Assembly (NCBI RefSeq): GCF_009914755.1
Contig: NC_060933.1
Length of the DNA: 64,000 nucleotides
Reading direction: 5' to 3' (one strand)
Origin: the human T2T-CHM13v2.0 reference genome, Homo sapiens
Position 1 is the first letter of the stretch, and every line of letters starts with the position of its first letter. The notes beneath the pieces are model-generated. The model saw only the letters and a program-made list of their open reading frames with translations. It was not told where the DNA came from and did not search any database. Shown here one piece after another: positions 56,701 through 64,000 of the stretch. The position numbers and the translations under genes are program-made.

Positions 56701-59700
56701 ATTCCATTCCATTCCATACAATTCCATTCCATTCCATTCCATTCCATTCCATTCCGTTCCATTCCGTTCCATTCCATTCCATTCCATTCTATTCGGGTTA
56801 ATTCCATTCCATTCCATTCCATTCCATTCCACTCTATTCCATTCCATTGCAATCGAGTTGAATCCATTGCATTTCATTCCATTCCATTCCATTCCATTCC
56901 GGAAGATTCCATTCCATTGCATTCCATTCCATTCCATTCCCCTGCACTCGCGTTGATTCCATTCCATTCCATTCCATTCCATTCCATTCCATTCCGTTCC
57001 GTTCCGTTCCATTCTATTCCATTCCATTCCATTCCTTCCGTTCCGTTCCATTCCATTCCATTCCATTCTATTCGGGTTAATTCCATTCCATTCCATTCGA
57101 TTGCAATCGAGTTGATTCCATTCCATTCCATTCCATTCCGTTCCGTTCCATTCCATTCCTTTCCATTCCATTACGGATGATTCCATTCCATTGCATTCCA
57201 TTCCATTCCATTCCCCTGTACTCGGGTTGATTCCATTCCATTCCATTCCAATCCATGCCATTCCACTCGTGTTGATTCCATTCTTTCCATTCCATTCAAG
57301 TTGAATCCATTCCATTGCATTCCATTCCATTCGATTCCATTCGATTGCACTCGGGTTGATTCCATTCCATTGCATTCCATTCCATTCCATTCCATTCCAT
57401 TCCATTCCGTTCCATTCCATTTCATTACATTCAGATTGATTCTATTCAATTCCCTTACACTCCATTATATTCCAATCCATTCTGGTTGTTTCCATTCCAT
57501 TCCATTCCATTTCACACCATTCCATTGCACTCGGGTTGATTCCATTCCATTCCATTCCATTGCATTCCATTCCATTCCATTCCAGATGATTCCATTCCAT
57601 TGCATTCCTTTCCATTCCATTCCCCTGCACTCGGGTTGATTCCATTCCATTCCATTCCATTAGATTCCGTTCCATTCCATTCCATTCCATTCGGATTGAT
57701 TCTATTCAATTCCCTTACACTCCATTACATTCCATTCCATTCGGGTAGTTTCCATTCCATTCCATTCCATTCCTCTCCATTCCATTGCACTCGGGTTGAT
57801 TCCATTCCATTCAATTCCATTCCATTCCATTACGTTACATTACATTCCGTTCCATTGTACTCGGGTTGATTCCATTCCATTGCATTCCATTCCATTCCAT
57901 TCCATTCCATTCCATTCCATTCTATTCGGTTTAATTCCATTCCATTCCATTCCATTCCATTCCTTTCGATTCCATTCCATTGCAATCGAGTTGAATCCAT
58001 TGCATTCCATTCCATTCCATTCCATTCCATTCCGGAAGATTCCATTCCATTGCATTCCATTCCATTCCATTCCATTCCATTCCATTCCATTCCATTCCGT
58101 TCCATTCCGTTGCATTCCATTCCATTACATTCGGATTGATTCTATTCAACTCCCTTACTCTCCATTACATTCCATTCCATTTGGGTTGTTCCATTCCATT
58201 CCATTCCATTCCACTCCATTCCATTGCACTCGGGTTGATTCCATTCCATTCCATTCCATTACATTCCATTCCGGATGATTCCATTCCATTGCATTCCGTT
58301 CCATTACATTCCCCTGCACTCTCGTTGATTCCATTCCATTCCATTCAATTCCATTCAATTCCATTCCATTACAATTCGTTCCATTCCATTCTATTCCGTA
58401 CCATTCCATTCCATTCCATACCATTCCATTCCATTCCATTCCATTCCATTCCGTTCCATTCCGTTCCATTCCATTCCATTCCATTCTATTCGGGTTAATT
58501 CCATTCCATTCCATTCCATTCCATTCTATTCCATTCCATTGCAATCGAGTTGAATCCATTGCATTTCATTCCATTCCATTCCATTCCATTCCATTCCGGA
58601 AGATTCCATTCCATTGCATTCCATTCCATTCCATTCCCCTGCACTCGCGTTGATTCCATTCCATTCCATTCCATTCCATTCCATTCCATCCATTCCGTTC
58701 CGTTCCGTTCCATTCCATTCCATTCCATTCCATTCCATTCCGTTCCGTTCCATTCCATTCCATTCCATTCTATTCGTGTTAATTCCATTCCATTCCATTC
58801 GATTGCAATCGAGTTGATTCCATTCCATTCCATTCCATTCCATTCCATTCCTTTCCATTCCATTACGGATGATTCCATTCCATTGCATTCCATTCCATTC
58901 CATTCCCCTGTACTCGGGTTGATTCCATTCCATTCCATTCCCATCCATGCCATTCCACTCGTGTTGATTCCATTCTTTCCATTCCATTCAAGTTGAATCC
59001 ATTCCATTGCATGCCATTCCTTTCGATTCCATTCGATTGCACTCGGGTTGATTCCATTCCATTGCATTCCATTCCATTCCATTCCATTCCATTCCATTCC
59101 GTTCCATTCCATTCCATTGCATTCGGATTGATTCTATTCAATTCCCTTCCACTCCATTACATTCCATTCCATTCGGGTAGTTTCCATTCCATTCCATTCC
59201 ATTCCTCTCCATTCCATTGCACTCGGATTGATTCCATTCCATTGCATTCCATTCCGTTGCATTCAATTCCATTCAGTTCCATTCCATTCCATTACATTCG
59301 GATTGATTCTATTCAACTCCCTTACTCTCCATTACATTCCATTCCATTCGGGTTGTTCCATTCCATTCCATTCCATTCCACTCCATTCCATTGCACTCGG
59401 GTTGATTCCATTCCATTCCATTCCATTCCATTCCATTCCATTCCATTCCGGAAGATTTCATTCAATTGCATTCCATTCCATTCCATTCCCCTGCACTCGC
59501 GTTTATTCCATTCCATTCCATTCCGTTCCATTCCATTCCATTCCATTCCGTTCCATTCCATTCCATTCCATTCCATACCAATCCATTCCATTCCGTTCCG
59601 TTCCGTTCCATTCCATTCCATTCCATTCTATTCGGGTTAATTCCATTCCATTCCATTCGATTGCAATCGAGTTGATTCCATTCCATTCTATTCCATTCCA

Positions 59701-61800
59701 TTCCATTCCTTTCCATTCCATTACGGATGATTCCATTCCATTGCATTCCATTCCATTCCATTCCCCTGTACTCGGGTTGATTCCATTCCATTCCATTCCA
59801 ATCCATGCCATTCCACTCGTCTTGATTCCATTCTTTCCATTCCATTCAAGTTGAATCCATTCCATTGCATTCCATTCCATTCCATTACCCTGCAGTCGGG
59901 TTGATTCCATTCCATTCCATTCCATTCCATTCCATTCCATTCCATTCCATTCCGTTCCGTTCCGTTCCATTCCATTACATTCCATTCTATTCGGGTTAAT
60001 TCCATTCCATTCCATTCCATTCCATTCCAATCGAGTTGATTCCATTCCATTCCATTCCATTCCATTCCACTCCATTCCAGTCCTTTCCATTCCATTCCAC
60101 TCGGGTTGATTCCAATGTATTCCTTTCCATTCCATTCCATTCCATTGCAATCGAGTTGATTCCATTGGTTTGCATTCCATTCCATTCCATTCCATTCCGG
60201 ATGATTCCATTCCATTGCATTCCATTCCATTCCATTCCCCTACACTCGGGTTGATTCCATTCCATTCCACTCCATTCCGTTGCATTCCATTCCATTCCAT
60301 TGTATTCAGGTTTATTCCATTCCATTCCATTCCATTCCATTCCATTCCATTACAATCGAGTTGATTCCATCCCATTCCATTCCATTCCAGTCCTTTCCAT
60401 TCCATTCCACTCGGGTTGATTCCATTCTATTAGTTTCCATTCCATTCCATTCCCTTCCATTCCACTCTGGTTGATACCATTCCTTTCCATTCCACTCGAA
60501 TACATTCCCTCCTATTCCACTCGGAACGATTCCATTCCATTCCATTCCATTCCATTCCATTCCATTCCATTCCATTCCATTCCATTTCGTTCCATTCCAT
60601 TCTATTCCGTATCATTCCATTCCATTCCATTCCATTGTACTCGGGTTGATTCCATTCCATTGCATTCCATTCCATTCCATTCCGTTGCATTCCATTCCAT
60701 TACATTCGGATTGATTCTATTCAACTCCCTTACTTTCCATTACATTCCACTCCATTCGGGTTGTTCCATTCCATTCCATTCCATTCCACTCCATTCCATT
60801 GCACTGGGGGTGACTCCATTCCATTCCATTCCATTCCATTCCGGATGATTCCATTCCATTGCATTCCATTCCATTACATTCCCCTGCACTCGCGTTGATT
60901 CCATTCCATTCCATTCCATTCCATTCAATTCGATTCCATTACAATTCGTTCCATTCCATTCTATTCCGTACCATTCCATTCCATTCCATACCATTCCATT
61001 CCATTCCATTCCATTCCATTCCGTTCCATTCCGTTCCATTCCATTCCATTCCATTCTATTCGGATTAATTCCATTCCATTCCATTCCGTTCTATTCCATT
61101 CCATTGCAATCGAGTTGAATACATTGCATTTCATTCCATTCCATTCCATTCCATTCCATTCCGTAAGATTCCATTCCATTGCATTCCATTCCATTCCATT
61201 CCCCTGCACTCGCGTTGATTCCGTTCCATTCCATTCCATTCCATTCCATTCCATTCCATTCCATTCCATTCCATTCCGTTCCTTTCCATTCCATTCCATT
61301 CCATTCTATTCGGGTTAATTCCATTCCATTCCATTCGATTGCAATCGAGTTGATTCCATTCCATTCCATTCCATTCCATTCCATTCCATTCCATTCCATT
61401 CCATTCCTTTCCATTCCATTACGGATGATTCCATTCCATTGCATTCCATTCCATTCCATTCCCCTGTACTCGGGTTGATTCCATTCCATTCCATTCCAAT
61501 CCATGCCATTCCACTCGTGTTGATTCCATTCTTTCCATTCCATTCAAGTTGAATCCATTCCATTGCATTCCATTCCATTCGATTCCATTCGATTGCACTC
61601 GGGTTGATTCCATTCCATTGCATTCCATTCCATTCCATTCCATTCCATTCTGTTCCATTCCATTCCATTACATTCGGATTGATTCTATTCAATTCCCTTA
61701 CACTCCATTACATTCCATTCCATTCGGGTAGTTTCCATTCCATTCCATTCCATTCCTCTCCATTCCATTGCACTCGGGTTGATTCCATTCCATTGCATTC
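53799..61800 (+). repeat. Monomer A, partial copy (~8 kb), followed by a mosaic region
   Basis: CATTCAATAAC at 53839, TTTGAAGGC at ~56263 and ACTGGGGGTGACTCC at ~60803. Colinearity with A variants is lost at ~61810. Confidence 0.8.
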
Positions 61801-64000
61801 CATTCCATTCCATTAAATTCCGTTCCGTTCCATTCCATTCCATTACATTCGGATTGATTCTATTCAACTCCCTTACTCTCCATTACATTCCATTCCATTC
61901 GGGTTGTTCCATTCCATTCCATTCCATTCCACTCCATTCCATTGCACTCGGGTTGATTCCATTCCATTCCATTCCATTCCATTCCATTCCGGAAGATTCC
62001 ATTCCATTGCATTCCATTCCATTCCATTCCCCTTCACTCGCGTTGATTCCATTCCATTCCATTCTATTCCATTCCATTCCCTTCCTTTCCGTTCCATTCC
62101 ATTCCATTCCATTCCATTCCATTCCGTTCCGTTCCATTCCATTCCATTCCATTCTATTCGGGTTAATTCCATTCCATTCCATTCGATTGCAATCGAGTTG
62201 ATTCCATTCCATTCCATTCCATTCCATTCCATTCCTTTCCATTCCATTACGGATAATTCCATTCCATTGCATTCCATTCCATTCCATTCCCCTGTACTCG
62301 GGTTGATTCCATTCCATTCCATTCCAATCCATGCCATTCCACTTGTGTTGATTCCATTCTTTCCATTCCATTCAAGTTGAATCCATTCCATTACATTCCA
62401 TTCCATTCGATTCCGTTCGATTGCACTCGGGTTGATTCCATTCCATTGCATTCCATTCCATTCCATTCCATTCCATTCCATTCCATTCCGTTCCATTCCA
62501 TTCCATTACATTCGGATTGATTCTATTCAATTCCCTTACACTCCATTACATTCCATTCCATTCGGGTAGTTTCCATTCCATTCCATTCCATTCCTCTCCA
62601 TTCCATTGAACTCGGGTTGATTCCATTCCATTGCATTCCATTCCATTCCATTCCATTCCATTCCGTTCCATTCCATTCCATTACATTCGGATTGATTCTA
62701 TTCAACTCCCTTAGTCTCCTTTACATTCCATTCCATTCGGGTTGTTCCATTCCATTCCATTCCATTCCACTCCATTCCATTGCACTCGGGTTTCTTCCAT
62801 TCCATTCCATTCCATTCCATTCCATTCCATTCCGGAAGATTCCATTCCATTGCATTCCATTCCATTCCATTCCATTCCATTCCATTCCATTCCGGAAGAT
62901 TCCATTCCATTGCATTCCATTCCATTCCATTCCCCTACACTCGCGTTGATTCCATTCCATTCCATTCCATTCCATTCCATTCCATTCCATTCCATTCCTT
63001 TCCGTTCCATTCCATTCCATTCCATTCCATTCCAATCCATTCCATTCCGTTCCGTCCCGTTCCATTCCATTCCATTCCATTCTATTCGGGTTAATTCCAT
63101 TCCATTCCATTCCATTGCAATCGAGTTGATGCCATTCCATTCCATTCCATTCCATTCCATTCCATTCCTTTCCTTTCCATTCCATTACGGATGATTCCAT
63201 TCCATTGCATTCCATTCCATTCCATTCCCCTGTACTCGGGTTGATTCCATTTCATTCCATTCCCATCCATGCCATTCCACTCGTGTTGATTCCATTCTTT
63301 CCATTCCATTCAAGTTGAATCCATTCCATTGCATGCCATTCCTTTCGATTCCATTCGATTGCACTCGGGTTGATTCCATTCCATTGCATTCCATTCCATT
63401 CCATTCCATTCCATTCCATTCCGTTCCATTCCATTCCATTGCATTCGGATTGATTCTATTCAATTCCCTTCCACTCCATTACATTCCATTCCATTCGGGT
63501 AGTTTCCATTCCATTCCATTCCATTCCTCTCCATTCCATTGCACTCGGATTGATTCCATTCCATTGCATTCCATTCCGTTGCATTCAATTCCATTCAGTT
63601 CCATTCCATTCCATTACATTCGGATTGATTCTATTCAACTCCCTTACTCTCCATTACATTCCATTCCATTCGGGTTGTTCCATTCCATTCCATTCCATTC
63701 CACTCCATTCCATTGCACTCGGGTTGATTCCATTCCATTCCATTCCATTCCATTCCATTCCATTCCATTCCATTCCGGAAGATTTCATTCAATTGCATTC
63801 CATTCCATTCCATTCCCCTGCACTCGCGTTTATTCCATTCCATTCCATTCCGTTCCATTCCATTCCATTCCATTCCGTTCCATTCCATTCCATTCCATTC
63901 CATACCAATCCATTCCATTCCGTTCCGTTCCGTTCCATTCCATTCCATTCCATTCTATTCGGGTTAATTCCATTCCATTCCATTCGATTGCAATCGAGTT

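Larger units (their letters stand above)
1..64000 (+). repeat. Human Satellite 3 (HSat3/SatIII) array; CATTC strand on +, GGAAT strand on -; probably the chr9q12 HSat3B5 type
   Basis: Continuous ATTCC pentamer with interspersed ACTCGGGTTG/ATTCGGGTTA/AATCGAGTTG/ACTCGCGTTG decamer variants. There is no unique sequence and no strand switch. Chromosome assignment rests on recalled similarity to pHuR98 and is less certain than the family call. Confidence 0.98.

Noticed and set aside
14-63983. Hundreds of ORFs encoding (MEWNG)n on - and (IPFHS)n on +
   Set aside because: The pentamer has no stop codon in any frame and an ATG every 5 bp on the - strand. The ORFs overlap in all frames and break differently between near-identical copies.
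1-64000. CRISPR-like pattern of recurring motifs with spacers
   Set aside because: The intervening sequences are ATTCC runs rather than unique spacers, spacing is irregular, and there are no cas genes.
1-64000. HSat2 or Y-chromosome DYZ1 assignment
   Set aside because: CATTCGATTC is rare and long pure CATTC runs dominate, which argues against HSat2. No ~3.6 kb periodicity is visible in the marker spacing.
1-64000. Inversion or Alu/L1 insertion within the array
   Set aside because: I saw no GGAAT-oriented stretch, poly(A) tail or non-satellite sequence on the + strand.

Overview
The whole 64 kb window is human Satellite 3 (HSat3 / satellite III). The + strand is a degenerate (CATTC)n array in one orientation throughout, punctuated by variants of the classical Sat III decamer A(C/T)TCGGGTTG. 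It repeatedly contains CGATTGCACTCGGGTTGATT, which from memory matches the chr9q12 clone pHuR98 (HSat3B5), so 9q12 heterochromatin is the likely source. I found no protein-coding genes, RNA genes, transposons or CRISPR arrays; all listed ORFs are reading frames of the pentamer. Tracking rare marker variants by eye shows nested structure: 5-bp unit, 30-100 bp modules, ~0.55 kb and ~1.7-2.9 kb blocks, ~11.3-11.9 kb monomers (A and B), and a ~23 kb A+B higher-order unit. This is disrupted by a recent 7.8 kb tandem duplication (junction at ~29454), several module-sized deletions, and a mosaic end (switches at ~61.8 kb and ~63.24 kb). The most functionally suggestive signal is a recurrent variant, ATTCCGGAAGATTCC, which forms a perfect three-unit heat shock element (TTCnnGAAnnTTC) about 37 times by manual count.
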